64,000 nt of DNA from a virus. Location: the IMG/VR virus record IMGVR_UViG_3300037249_000310, positions 3,997-67,996 of that record. One strand, written 5' to 3'. The notes under the pieces were generated by a model. The model made no database searches. It was not told the origin of the DNA and saw only the letters and a program-made list of their open reading frames with translations. Made by a program: the position numbers and the translations under genes. Below are positions 30,001 to 38,866 of the stretch, piece after piece (within the stretch, counting starts at the first letter, position 1; each line of letters starts with the position of its first letter).

Positions 30001-31523
30001 TACATATTAATGTTCCTACACGTCACTATATTGACCGTATAGGCCATCCTATACTTGAGAATATTAGCACTACTAACTTAGTGCTTAATTATGGACGTTA
30101 TCCATATGAGCCTTCTTTTAAGTGGTTTAGTCCAGAGTATAAGACTATTCATATGACCTCTGATGCACTATACTGTTATGCAGGTTATATGTTCTCTGGA
30201 CTTTCGTCAGCAGAACAAAGTGTCTATACAGAGCAGGTAGGTAGTCGCTATATGCCAGTAAATTATAGTTTCCCGCGCTGTCGCAAACTATATATAAACT
30301 GCAATCTTGACTGGCCAGAGGCAGAAGTACCAGCTGCACGTGACTTAAATATAACGGGTACAGAAAACTGTTTAGCATTAATAGGTGACTTCACTAATTA
30401 TCCATGCAATGCTACTATACATGTTCATCCTAATTGCAGTGTATCTATACGTGGTGCATCTGCAGCTAATATCTCAATCGTTAAAGATGGCGGAGGTAAC
30501 AGATATCCAGTAGATGCAAATGTTACATATAAAGATAATAGCACTACCCGTATTTTACCTGATGGCTTCTGCAATCTATATGAATACATAAATGTAAATA
30601 TAGTCTTTAATGATGGTACTGAAGAACCAACAAATGACTTTTGCTTAATACCTAATACGGCCATGACCCCACCCGGCGTGCAGTTAACAAACACATATCA
30701 CATACTACTAGCCAATGGTATACAAAAGAGAATAATAGCACCATATGCAAGAGTCACGGCATATAATAGTGCAGCACCTAGAATCACAGCTGCAAATTAT
30801 TATCCATCAGTAGCAGTCTCTGGACAGCAGTTTGTTGTAACAAAGGCTGATAAGTATTGTGCATGTATAAATGGTTCAAATGCTGGCCTCAGCAGCTATA
30901 AAAATGAAATTCGTAGTATAGAGCATATGGAGCCTATAGATACGCTTTTATTTGCTGGTAGCTATAATAGATGGTGCGGCTGTAATAGTCTATTTGCAAA
31001 AACACTCATTGCAACCAATAATATAGCAAGTGTAAATACCTTTGGTGGTGACTGGGGCCTCAATGCAGCATCTCCATATACCTATATTCGTGATGATGCG
31101 GCTGAATTTTATGCCTATACAAGTTATACAGTATATAATGGTGTGTGTGTAGGCATCTTAGACTTTTCTCGTAGTCGAAAGAGTCGCTATGCATTAGGTG
31201 CTAAATGTATATTAGACAGCACAGTAGAAATGATTATGCTTAGTGTTGGTGCTTATACTAACATGATTGCAAACAATGCAGTTAAAAACTGCCCTCAGCT
31301 ATATTGGGTAGATATGAATCTAATAAATTCAACAAACTTTAGAATAAATGATGATGCATTTATTGACTGCCCATTGCTGAGTGAAGTATACGTGCCTCGT
31401 AATACAAAATACATAGGCAGAGGTGCATTTAACCGAACAGGCTTAAAGCGTATAGTAGTTCCTGCAACATGTACATTTGGTGTAAATGCAGTACCGGCTG
31501 ACTGTACAATTTCGTATTATTAA
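27021..31523 (+). CDS. large Asn/Cys-rich protein with BspA-like leucine-rich repeats; candidate receptor-binding protein
   Basis: LRR5-like units (FDLCHNLRQVIVP, INDDAFIDCPLLSEVYVP, IGRGAFNRTGLKRIVVP); located in the tail module. Confidence 0.65.
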   Translation: MTKMKMPAWAFNYNSTYSATYSDVGNCSVYSPYTAYMSLNSAINKQQMPAFVRNAKMGCCGNGIMFYGYPAASNTYKELTQVWAMAIPDSMAWPVGLLTLGISIVVPSPPDFVNPGPSFMLNSCLYIDTDHILKYGHTYRGTGVPPQMVHNFGIDMSAYMYPNTVQPTDAYCGHMYAFMYNTASNEYELFVDNTANAIANINKALMIGCGLEIMNMSIYNESLQHLENAVYNGYYCTGVGAYFSNWSGTPNPSSQGNVYMSDWYGWVESYNSTVLNDLLTFNWSQARPVISNSSLGTFDLCHNLRQVIVPGALKDIPPYFINSSNLTSITFQNGVNNIGALAIRSASDLAVTIPRSVHFVSTDAVNSPNINLSPVTHNMPLHNNMFNGINAYSFYEQPERLVVENMPTKQLRPMHYAYKDNVDIYPSILYSEVNDLYSSPSGISMQYNQANITQAGDTYALTWNNINTSIIFDDPNVYKGSHTNTVIATPFNMTNDGFDVKVRSLEFTDLCIETHCTFLNTPFIVTNINDNLRCSIVGCLLNNVDTVEIPDIIDNAYIVENICLNQPFPSGEADAQYALGAPIVPNINIKVPYLLQNNNEYLAGQVQIHTTPGAYDFAPFCNIHIHDGHAVRLTANGAYTSQVPNRRIVVSNVNRVAAGGLSVYNVAFENCYNVVGYPYMGLSGIKQVPVDINMLCNNYIVLGGNYESVDFSTLTELRFNHTRHCVTGNLLSPMFGKNIQTALLLEDNEEADVVHGWSNAIAYPYHNIAEKAALRNLANYCGYSTMVGVPTPNYDSSYGVKTSGCILYNCTLPADIFMHDVDGKYGSYNYMPLELNTCHGDINIHYEGYMLGRCNVKNHDGEINCFINSTLLASHSTSDIFNNCHINQLCTNMFMPTHISPRNVVANYWRAYTNVSGMWLAATACTMQNICINDNITMLFLNNCTVEHIENPSGVVSGLLLINCTFNTPINHVIANIANCVHMNKVNALADTELHINVPTRHYIDRIGHPILENISTTNLVLNYGRYPYEPSFKWFSPEYKTIHMTSDALYCYAGYMFSGLSSAEQSVYTEQVGSRYMPVNYSFPRCRKLYINCNLDWPEAEVPAARDLNITGTENCLALIGDFTNYPCNATIHVHPNCSVSIRGASAANISIVKDGGGNRYPVDANVTYKDNSTTRILPDGFCNLYEYINVNIVFNDGTEEPTNDFCLIPNTAMTPPGVQLTNTYHILLANGIQKRIIAPYARVTAYNSAAPRITAANYYPSVAVSGQQFVVTKADKYCACINGSNAGLSSYKNEIRSIEHMEPIDTLLFAGSYNRWCGCNSLFAKTLIATNNIASVNTFGGDWGLNAASPYTYIRDDAAEFYAYTSYTVYNGVCVGILDFSRSRKSRYALGAKCILDSTVEMIMLSVGAYTNMIANNAVKNCPQLYWVDMNLINSTNFRINDDAFIDCPLLSEVYVPRNTKYIGRGAFNRTGLKRIVVPATCTFGVNAVPADCTISYY

Positions 31524-31539
31524 TAAAGGAGTGATAGAT

Positions 31540-31887
31540 ATGGCAACATTACTTACTGATGACCGTGGAATTCCAATTCCACAGTATGCTGATGAAGATG
31601 GCAACTTCCATGGGCTCATGGGTGCTGATGGCAAGATGTATGTTACTGGCACTGAGCTAGTCTCTATGCTTGCAGATACATCTGTCATTAAGGCAGATGT
31701 AGCAAACATTAAAGCTACATTAGCTACTATGAACACTGACCTAACAGCAGTTAAGTCTGATGTAAATACATTACATGCAGATGTAGCTACTATAAACAGT
31801 GCTCTGGTAACACTTATTGGAGTACTGAATAATATTGCAACAGATGTAAATGCAATACTCAATAATATGCAGCCACAGGGGGAGTAA
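31540..31887 (+). CDS. small coiled-coil structural protein
   Basis: Heptad repeats (IKADVANIKATLATMNTDLTAVKSDV); AAAGGAG RBS. Confidence 0.7.
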   Translation: MATLLTDDRGIPIPQYADEDGNFHGLMGADGKMYVTGTELVSMLADTSVIKADVANIKATLATMNTDLTAVKSDVNTLHADVATINSALVTLIGVLNNIATDVNAILNNMQPQGE

Positions 31888-31890
31888 GAT

Positions 31891-32655
31891 ATGCAAGCAC
31901 TATGGTCAGACTTTGGTGATATCGAAGTTCCTAAGGCAGGCGGCGGCTATGACCTTGTTGAGGCATTGCATGATGATACACCTGGTGCATACCTTGAGCG
32001 CTGGATAAATGTGCCCGGCGCCAGTGATACGCCAGGTATAGTAGATGAGTCACGTATTGTGCGCTTAGCCCGTGAAACCTTTCCGAGTAATAAGGTAGAA
32101 TGGGTTGGTGCAAGGCGCAATTCGCCATATAGCACCTGGGGTATACAGTTAAGTGACTTACCTGCTACGTGGCCATTTTATAAAATCAGTAGAGGTTGTC
32201 ATGCATACACGACTGTACAATCAAATCCTGCATTCAGTGAGTTATATAAAAGTGCATCTGTACTACGAGTAGATATGCCTATGTTTGCAGAGACATATCA
32301 GTTATCTAAGACAGCAGGTACTTGGAAACGTTATCCTGCTAATAGTGCAGTCATTATGCTTGATATTGCATGGGCACATTACAGTAAAGATGCAGAAGGT
32401 GTACCTACCGATTTAATTGACTGGAAATATCAGCAACTACACTTACTAAATCCACCTAAAGATGTAATGCTTCCGGAGTATTCTGATGTACGTGATAAGT
32501 ATGCTTTGCTTAGCTATGGACAGCTACTGGGTATACTTTGTCCATTAGAACCGCCATCTTATGAGCATGAAATACAGTGGATAAAAATACATATCTACAA
32601 TACAGGTGACTTGGTGCTATACTGCCCAGGCATCTCAGTCTTTGTAGGTAATTAA
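31891..32655 (+). CDS. hypothetical protein (tail module)
   Basis: ORF with GGGGAG RBS; no motif recognised. Confidence 0.7.
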   Translation: MQALWSDFGDIEVPKAGGGYDLVEALHDDTPGAYLERWINVPGASDTPGIVDESRIVRLARETFPSNKVEWVGARRNSPYSTWGIQLSDLPATWPFYKISRGCHAYTTVQSNPAFSELYKSASVLRVDMPMFAETYQLSKTAGTWKRYPANSAVIMLDIAWAHYSKDAEGVPTDLIDWKYQQLHLLNPPKDVMLPEYSDVRDKYALLSYGQLLGILCPLEPPSYEHEIQWIKIHIYNTGDLVLYCPGISVFVGN

Positions 32656-32667
32656 GGAGGAATGAAC

Positions 32668-33957
32668 ATGAGCAATGAATTTGATCCTAACCCATATGAT
32701 AATGTCTCTGTAGATGAGGCACTTACTCAGATATATGAGCGTTGCAATGATCGTACTATTAGACAGATGGTAACGACACTTAAAAGTGCTATTGATACAG
32801 GTGGTGGCGGGCTCCCAGCAGACACTAAGATAGGTAGTGCACTAAGTATGTCAATAGACCCACTAACCTTTGTTGTTACAGCTATCTTAAAAGATCAAGA
32901 CGGCGAAAACTTAGGCAGTACACAGACTATTGACTTACCTCTCGAGACAGTAGTAGTCGATGGCACTTACAATGCCGAAACTGAGAAAGTAGTACTTACA
33001 CTACAGAATGGTAATACTATTGAATTCAGTGTTGCCTCTTTAGTAGCTGGTCTGCAGTCACAGATAACAGATACAAATAAGCTTGCACCTGAATTAATAG
33101 ACTATAACAGTACACATCGTGCCGTTACAGATGCAGAAAAGTCTACATGGAGTGGTAAGCAGAATGCAATAAGCGACTTAAGCACTATCCGTTCAGGTGC
33201 AGCAGCCGGTGCAACAGCTGTACAGCCAGCAGCTTTAAGCAGCTACCAGCCACTTATTAACTCATCCAATAAGCTTAACCCAGCCTTGCTTGATTATGAC
33301 AGTAGTCACAGATCTGTAAGTGATACAGAAAAGTCTACATGGAACAATAAACAAAGTAGACTATCTGCAAGTAATAAGCTTGATTCATCATTTATTGATT
33401 TTACAATAGGTCAGATTAAGGTCCTATCCAGTGGTATAACATATGACCTTGTAGAAGCTTTTGTAAACCGTATCGGAAAGAATCTTTTAAATATTTCTAA
33501 AGCAGGCATAAAAGCAGCAAACAAAGTAGGTACGTGGACTGATAATACTTATACACGCACTGATGACGGCAATAATATTACTATTACAATGAATGCAGAT
33601 ATGTCATTTACAATATCTGGTTCTACTACTAAACGCATTACCTTTATACTACAGAATACAGGCATTAGCACATTTTCTGATTGTATGCTAAGTGCATCAG
33701 TAGACGGAGAGCCAATAGGGACAGATTTAATTAGTACGCTAATACAGCTTCAGACAAGTCCATGGACTAACTTAGCACAGTCTGTTGGACCCGGTGCATA
33801 CATACCGTCCATTTCACCATCGGATAGTGTAGCATTATCTATTAATATATCGGCAGGGCTCGATTTAAGTGAACCGGTTACGGTTTACCCAATGGTATGT
33901 AAGTCTGACGAATATGGTTTTTCTAATCAGTATGTACCACCATATGTGACTGATTAA
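32668..33957 (+). CDS. tail fibre-like protein
   Basis: Two copies of NKL.P.L.DY.S.HR.V.D.EKSTW..KQ; GKNLL...YPMV...YVP C-terminal domain typical of Firmicute phage fibres. Confidence 0.65.
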   Translation: MSNEFDPNPYDNVSVDEALTQIYERCNDRTIRQMVTTLKSAIDTGGGGLPADTKIGSALSMSIDPLTFVVTAILKDQDGENLGSTQTIDLPLETVVVDGTYNAETEKVVLTLQNGNTIEFSVASLVAGLQSQITDTNKLAPELIDYNSTHRAVTDAEKSTWSGKQNAISDLSTIRSGAAAGATAVQPAALSSYQPLINSSNKLNPALLDYDSSHRSVSDTEKSTWNNKQSRLSASNKLDSSFIDFTIGQIKVLSSGITYDLVEAFVNRIGKNLLNISKAGIKAANKVGTWTDNTYTRTDDGNNITITMNADMSFTISGSTTKRITFILQNTGISTFSDCMLSASVDGEPIGTDLISTLIQLQTSPWTNLAQSVGPGAYIPSISPSDSVALSINISAGLDLSEPVTVYPMVCKSDEYGFSNQYVPPYVTD

Positions 33958-33975
33958 GTACTGGAGGTGCAGCAG

Positions 33976-34272
33976 ATGTCGCAGGATAATATCGTTAGCA
34001 TAGTCAGTGCTTTATTGACACTTGCGGGTGTCATAATTACAGTCCTCTATGGTGCTAAAAAGGCGCGCATTGAGGTAGATGCTAAGCAGCAGATATTTAA
34101 TGTAAAACTTGAGAATCAGCTCACGTCATCAAATCAGTTGATGATGCAAAAAGTTGATACACTGGCAGAAGAAGTACGCGAGCATAACAACTATGCTCGC
34201 AGAATGCCAGTTGTAGAACAAAAAGTTGAAGACCTTACACGGCGTGTAACGGTCATTGAAAAGAAGGGATAA
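33976..34272 (+). CDS. holin-like membrane protein (N-terminal TM plus coiled coil)
   Basis: One TM segment then REHNNYARRMPVVEQKV; lysis cassette position. Confidence 0.6.
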   Translation: MSQDNIVSIVSALLTLAGVIITVLYGAKKARIEVDAKQQIFNVKLENQLTSSNQLMMQKVDTLAEEVREHNNYARRMPVVEQKVEDLTRRVTVIEKKG

Positions 34273-34274
34273 TA

Positions 34275-34514
34275 GTGAAAGGGAGTAGAACGAAAAGCAG
34301 ACTGTATGAAAAGCTTGTAAATCTGATCGATGTCAAATCAATCATTACTTTTGCTATTACAGCTGTATTTGTATTTTGTGCTATAAAAGGCGAAATACCT
34401 ACAGATGAACTAGTCAAAATATTTTTACTCGTAATAAGCTTCTATTTCGGAACACAGCATAAAAAGCTCGAAAAATCTACTGACACTGAAAATAAAGAAG
34501 AGGAGGACGTTTAA
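34275..34514 (+). CDS. holin
   Basis: Two TM segments (LIDVKSIIT..., VISFYFGTQ) and a charged C-terminus; precedes the endolysin. Confidence 0.75.
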   Translation: MKGSRTKSRLYEKLVNLIDVKSIITFAITAVFVFCAIKGEIPTDELVKIFLLVISFYFGTQHKKLEKSTDTENKEEEDV

Positions 34515-34515
34515 A

Positions 34516-35253
34516 ATGATGAATGTAAAGATAGTTAAAAACGGAATTGATGTATCATATTCACAGGGTACAATAGACTGGGAAAAAGTCAAAGAGAGTG
34601 GCATGGTCGATTATGTTATTCTACGTGCCGGCTTTGGTAGATCCGCTTCACAGAAAGATGAGACTTTTGAACGAAACTATGCTGAATGCAAGCGACTTGG
34701 CATCCCGGTAGGTGCCTACTGGTTCAGCTATGCTACTGATGCAAACGACGCAAAGCAGGAGGCCAGGGCCTGTGCCGAGGTGCTTGCTGGTAAGCAGTTT
34801 GAGTACCCGATCTACTATGACCTCGAGAATGATCCAAGCAGCAATTATTATCCACTCAATAAAGGTATGGCACATTGTACCAGCCTTGTACAGGGTTTCT
34901 GTGATGAGCTTGAAAAGCTCGGCTACTTTGTAGGTCTCTACATGTCACGTAGCTACTTAGTAAATTGCATTTCTGCTGCTGTACGTTATCGCTATGTGCT
35001 CTGGGTAGCAGAATATGATGGTCCTTGCAAGTATTCTGATACGTATGGAATGTGGCAGAAGTCATCTACTGGCCATATTCCAGGCATCACTGCTAATACA
35101 GTAGATGTTGATGAATGCTACGTTGACTATCCGATCAGTATTAAAGCAGCCGGTAAAAACGGTTTTCCTAAGACAGTAGCTACTAAGAAGACAATAAAGG
35201 TTACAATTGAGCAGGACGGGCATACCTACTCCGGCACTCTCACTGAGCAGTAA
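34516..35253 (+). CDS. endolysin, glycoside hydrolase family 25
   Basis: GIDVSYSQG.IDW, GAYWFSYA, PIYYDLE, LWVAEY, MWQ.SS.G motifs. Confidence 0.95.
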   Translation: MMNVKIVKNGIDVSYSQGTIDWEKVKESGMVDYVILRAGFGRSASQKDETFERNYAECKRLGIPVGAYWFSYATDANDAKQEARACAEVLAGKQFEYPIYYDLENDPSSNYYPLNKGMAHCTSLVQGFCDELEKLGYFVGLYMSRSYLVNCISAAVRYRYVLWVAEYDGPCKYSDTYGMWQKSSTGHIPGITANTVDVDECYVDYPISIKAAGKNGFPKTVATKKTIKVTIEQDGHTYSGTLTEQ

Positions 35254-35688
35254 AAAGGCATAAAGGCAAAAGGGACACAAAAACATAAAAGCGTGTCCCT
35301 TTACATATATCTCTTATGTAAAAATAAAATTTTACTTCTTACTACTATTCCTTCTGTTTTGAATTATCTTTATCTTTATAAGTAGAAATAAAGTAATTTA
35401 ATAATAGAATAAAAATAAATATAATTTAATAATAGAATATATATACTAGATTTATAGAATATAATTAATAGTATAATATAATAAATAAGTATAGTGGGGA
35501 GGTATAATATATAATAATAAATAGCAATCTGAATAAGAGTAGTAGCACTCCTTATAATTTAACAGCATCTTAGTTGTAGAATTTATTTCCGGCTAAGGTG
35601 CTGATTTTATTTTTATTTTTTTTTATATGATAAAGGTAAAAAGGCACGCTTTTATGTTTTTATGCCTCTTTTGTCTTTTTGCCCTTTC
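35252..35688. repeat. 53-bp imperfect inverted repeats flanking an AT-rich core
   Basis: 35252-35304 versus the reverse complement of 35636-35688 match at about 43/53 positions without gaps (manual alignment). Confidence 0.8.
35269..35302 (+). terminator. possible terminator after the endolysin
   Basis: AAAGGGACAC/GTGTCCCTTT stem with a 14-nt loop. Confidence 0.45.
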
Positions 35689-35691
35689 ATT

Positions 35692-35757
35692 CATGTAGTG
35701 CAGTAAAGTGTCCTTTTTTATTTTAGGGTTTTTTATAGTAAAGATACGTGATATAAT
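35692..35757 (+). promoter_or_regulatory. early/middle promoter motif, copy 1
   Basis: CATGTAGTGCAGTA box, GGTTTTTTATAGT, then extended -10 TGATATAAT; recurs at 38783, 51074 and 58543. Confidence 0.75.
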
Positions 35758-35876
35758 ATATATAAAGTTAAGGAGCACATAAGCATTTCCCCTAAAAGTA
35801 AATAAAGTGTTTTTTGAAAAGCTCTTATGCTGCGTGCTCCCTGACTTAATAATTAATTTTTAAGGAGGCCACTACA

Positions 35877-36425
35877 ATGGCAAAGAATAATGAGAAAACA
35901 GCAGTTGATTTTACAAACCCAGAGAGCGTAGCAGCAGCTATCGCAGAAGAAGAGGCACAGACAGTCGCAGAGATCAGCGGCACAACTGAGAAGACACCAA
36001 AGCCGAAGAAGCCAAAGACAGTAAAGGTTACTTACACAGCAGACAGAGACATCAAGGCTGGTGAGACAATTGAGTTCGATTATGAGCTCCCAGTATCTGC
36101 TGGTAAGCGTGGTGTCGTTGCTGGTATTCCACTCGAAGAGATGAGTGATGACCAGCTCAAGATTGAGTACAGAAACGCTAACAGCTGCTTCTACAAGGTA
36201 TCACATAAGCAGAATGCTGATCCAGCTGCTATTGCTAAGGCTAAGGAGCGTCTTGATGCTGTTCTTGCAATGATGGAAAAGAAGGGTATCAAGCCTACTG
36301 GTAGAGGTGCTGCAAAGCCTACTGAAGATGTCGTTGCACAGCTCATCAAGTCTGGCCAGCTCAGTGCTGAGAAGATTCAGGCACTCCTCGATGAGGCAAA
36401 CGGCACAAACGAAGCAAACGCATAA
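35877..36425 (+). CDS. hypothetical, probably highly expressed, protein
   Basis: Strong RBS TAAGGAGG, biased codon usage and its own promoter. Confidence 0.85.
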   Translation: MAKNNEKTAVDFTNPESVAAAIAEEEAQTVAEISGTTEKTPKPKKPKTVKVTYTADRDIKAGETIEFDYELPVSAGKRGVVAGIPLEEMSDDQLKIEYRNANSCFYKVSHKQNADPAAIAKAKERLDAVLAMMEKKGIKPTGRGAAKPTEDVVAQLIKSGQLSAEKIQALLDEANGTNEANA

Positions 36426-36450
36426 TCTACATCCTACGGCAGTGCATTAA

Positions 36451-36472
36451 AAGCGGTGAACATTCACCGCTT
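36451..36472 (+). terminator. hairpin between the CDS and tRNA-Leu
   Basis: Perfect inverted repeat AAGCGGTGAA/TTCACCGCTT. Confidence 0.55.
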
Positions 36473-36474
36473 AT

Positions 36475-36559
36475 GCGGACATGGTGAAAGTGGCAGACAC
36501 GTCAGATTTAGGTTCTGATACCGAAAGGTGTGCAGGTTCAAGTCCTGTTGTCCGCACCA
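36475..36559 (+). tRNA. tRNA-Leu (anticodon TAG)
   Basis: Acceptor GCGGACA/TGTCCGC, D-loop TGGCAGAC, anticodon arm TCAGA-TTTAGGT-TCTGA, long variable arm, GCAGG-TTCAAGT-CCTGT, encoded ACCA. Confidence 0.95.
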
Positions 36560-36621
36560 ATATTTATAAGAGGCAGAGCCATTAACTCACTTGCTCGTGC
36601 ACTTACTCCTCTAAAGAAAAA

Positions 36622-36731
36622 GGGTGCAAGTCTTTTGACAAAGGCGCAGCCGCCATACTGCGCCTCCTTTCTGGGTAATACGGTAGATACTGTTTGTAGT
36701 ATCGTGGGTTCGATTCCTACTACACCCTCCA
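36622..36731 (+). ncRNA. atypical ~110-nt tRNA-like element
   Basis: Acceptor GGGTGCA/TACACCC (one mismatch) plus TCCA; T-arm GTGGG-TTCGATT-CCTAC; oversized, non-canonical middle. Confidence 0.55.
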
Positions 36732-36751
36732 TATGTATTGAGGTGATAAAA

Positions 36752-38452
36752 ATGGCAAAAATATATACTAAAGGGAGCAGCATATACGTATCCGGCACAT
36801 TAAATGAAGAAGCACTCAGCATTTGGTTTTCTGAAGGCTTAATCTTTAAAATGCCTTACAAGCGTACCCTATATGCCGCTCCCTTATCTAATCTGGCGGC
36901 TATGCTTGCAGTGTATCCTAAAGCAAGAACGGAAGCACTATCAAGATTAGAGCAGGCTGAACTCAGTAGAGCAGTAGCAACAGAAGAACTTGTTCGTTAT
37001 GGTGTAGACGATGAGGATCCAGAGTGTGAACAGCTTGGTCTTTGGCCACATCAGGTTATGGGCGTTCGCCTTGCACGAATAAATAAAAGATTCGGCTTTT
37101 GGTTTGATACACGTACTGGCAAGACACGAATGATGATACAAGCCATCTACGAGGCTCTAAGAGAAGGCAGGTGCCGTAGGGCCTTAGTAGTATGTCCAAC
37201 AACGATAATTCCATCATGGCTTAAAGACTTTGAGGATTTTAAGCCTGAATTAAAGGTTGTAGCATACTACGGTACAGACAAACAAAAGAGAACAGCACTA
37301 ACTTCACCATGTCATGTCTTCATTATTAGCTTAGAGCTGGTAGTAAAGAACATTGACCTACTGCGACAAATTGGATTTAACTACTGTGTAGTTGATGAAA
37401 GCTCAAAGCTCAAAAGCTATAAAACGAAGATATCGACGACTTTGCTTGATTACTCTAAAGAGCTTGAGTATTGGTATCTATTGAGCGCAACACCAGCACC
37501 GAACAATGAGGCTGAATACTGGACTCAAATGCGTTCAATAGACGAGTATCTATTTCCACCGATACGTGGCGTGTTTACAAGCATGTACTTTGATAATGTT
37601 AGTAGAAACTCAGCCTTTGAAAAGCTATGTATAAAGCCTACAATGAAACAGGCACTTATGAGCAAAGTTGCTTTAAAGTCTGTATCAGTAGACCAGTCAG
37701 TTATGCCAACGGCTGGTAAAGAATGGCATGTCGTTAGGTATGCTCTTGACTCCAGTCTTTTAAGCATATATACTGCATTCAGAAAAAATGCAGTTATAGA
37801 GTTAGAGGATGCTACTAAAATATCTACAGATATGATTGCAGCAATCAATGCAAAGCTGTGTCAGATAACATCTGGCTTTATCATTGATACAGATGCAAAG
37901 AATGAAAATGCATTATTAAAAAAGATCGGCGAAATACCTCAGAGACTGGAAATCTATCAGCTGCAGGATAATAAGCAGCGTATAAACGTATTACGTGACC
38001 TACTTAGTAAGTTGGGTCAGCAAGTAGTTATCTGGGCATGCTACAGACAAGAGTTTGCAGACATTAAAGAACTACTGGGTGACTCATGTCGTGTAATAAA
38101 TGGTAGTACACCAACACGTGATAAGTTTGAGTACATTAAGCAGTTTAAGGCCGGTCAGGTACACTACTTAATATGTCATCCAGCATCAGTAGGTATGGGT
38201 ATTAATCTTACAGAAGCACATGATGCTGTGTACTACTCACTCACATATAGCTATGAGCTACTGAAGCAGTCATCCGAACGTATCTGTGGTCACATTGATG
38301 TACAGCCCAATAAGTGTCACTTCTGGGTTCTTGCAGCTAATGGCACCATAGATGAGTGTGTCTACAAGAACGTAATGCAGAAAAAGACTTCAGCTGCTGA
38401 CTTTTTAGCAGCACTAAAGGAGATAAACAATGAATCTTGCGAGTTATTCTAA
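36752..38452 (+). CDS. SNF2-family (SF2) helicase
   Basis: LWPHQ, DTRTGKT, VVDESS, LSATP, SVGMGINL motifs; the real start is ATG 36752 (the longer ORF overlaps the tRNAs). Confidence 0.92.
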   Translation: MAKIYTKGSSIYVSGTLNEEALSIWFSEGLIFKMPYKRTLYAAPLSNLAAMLAVYPKARTEALSRLEQAELSRAVATEELVRYGVDDEDPECEQLGLWPHQVMGVRLARINKRFGFWFDTRTGKTRMMIQAIYEALREGRCRRALVVCPTTIIPSWLKDFEDFKPELKVVAYYGTDKQKRTALTSPCHVFIISLELVVKNIDLLRQIGFNYCVVDESSKLKSYKTKISTTLLDYSKELEYWYLLSATPAPNNEAEYWTQMRSIDEYLFPPIRGVFTSMYFDNVSRNSAFEKLCIKPTMKQALMSKVALKSVSVDQSVMPTAGKEWHVVRYALDSSLLSIYTAFRKNAVIELEDATKISTDMIAAINAKLCQITSGFIIDTDAKNENALLKKIGEIPQRLEIYQLQDNKQRINVLRDLLSKLGQQVVIWACYRQEFADIKELLGDSCRVINGSTPTRDKFEYIKQFKAGQVHYLICHPASVGMGINLTEAHDAVYYSLTYSYELLKQSSERICGHIDVQPNKCHFWVLAANGTIDECVYKNVMQKKTSAADFLAALKEINNESCELF

Positions 38453-38777
38453 GCTGCTTCATTATGAGCAGTTAAAGACCGGTGTAATAACAGAAGAAAA
38501 GAAGTTGGTGCAGATACTGTCGAGCACACTGCCCTACTTAGATAAGTGCTATGTTGTAAGACAGGAAGCAATTCATAGAAGTGGTATTCCTGACTTTATA
38601 ATATGCTATGAAGGTGTCTTCGTAGGTATTGAGCTGAAAGATGATGAGGGTTCACAGTCCTCACTTCAGATTGAAAAGCAGCACAAGATAGAAAATGCCG
38701 GAGGCGTATATATCCTTGCTGATTCAGTTGAACCTATTATATCAGGCTTAACCCGTATTCATATGCATATGCTCTGA
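38430..38777 (+). CDS. VRR-NUC domain nuclease
   Basis: GIPDFIIC..GVFVGIELK...SSLQ...IENAGG. Confidence 0.88.
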   Translation: MNLASYSKLLHYEQLKTGVITEEKKLVQILSSTLPYLDKCYVVRQEAIHRSGIPDFIICYEGVFVGIELKDDEGSQSSLQIEKQHKIENAGGVYILADSVEPIISGLTRIHMHML

Positions 38778-38782
38778 TACAG

Positions 38783-38836
38783 CATGCAGTGCAATAAAAT
38801 TTTAGGGTTTTTTATAGTGAAGATATATGATATAAT
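38783..38836 (+). promoter_or_regulatory. early/middle promoter motif, copy 2
   Basis: CATGCAGTGCAATA...GGGTTTTTTATAGT...TGATATAAT upstream of the sigma gene. Confidence 0.75.
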
Positions 38837-38866
38837 ATTAATATACAAAAGGAGATGTGGTATGCT

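Noticed and set aside
24184-33957. Diversity-generating retroelement acting on tail proteins
   Set aside because: No reverse transcriptase ORF and no template/variable repeat pair differing at adenines were seen in the window.
36530-36751. N-terminal extension of the helicase ORF in the ORF track
   Set aside because: It overlaps tRNA-Leu and the tRNA-like element; a good RBS (GAGGTG) precedes ATG 36752.
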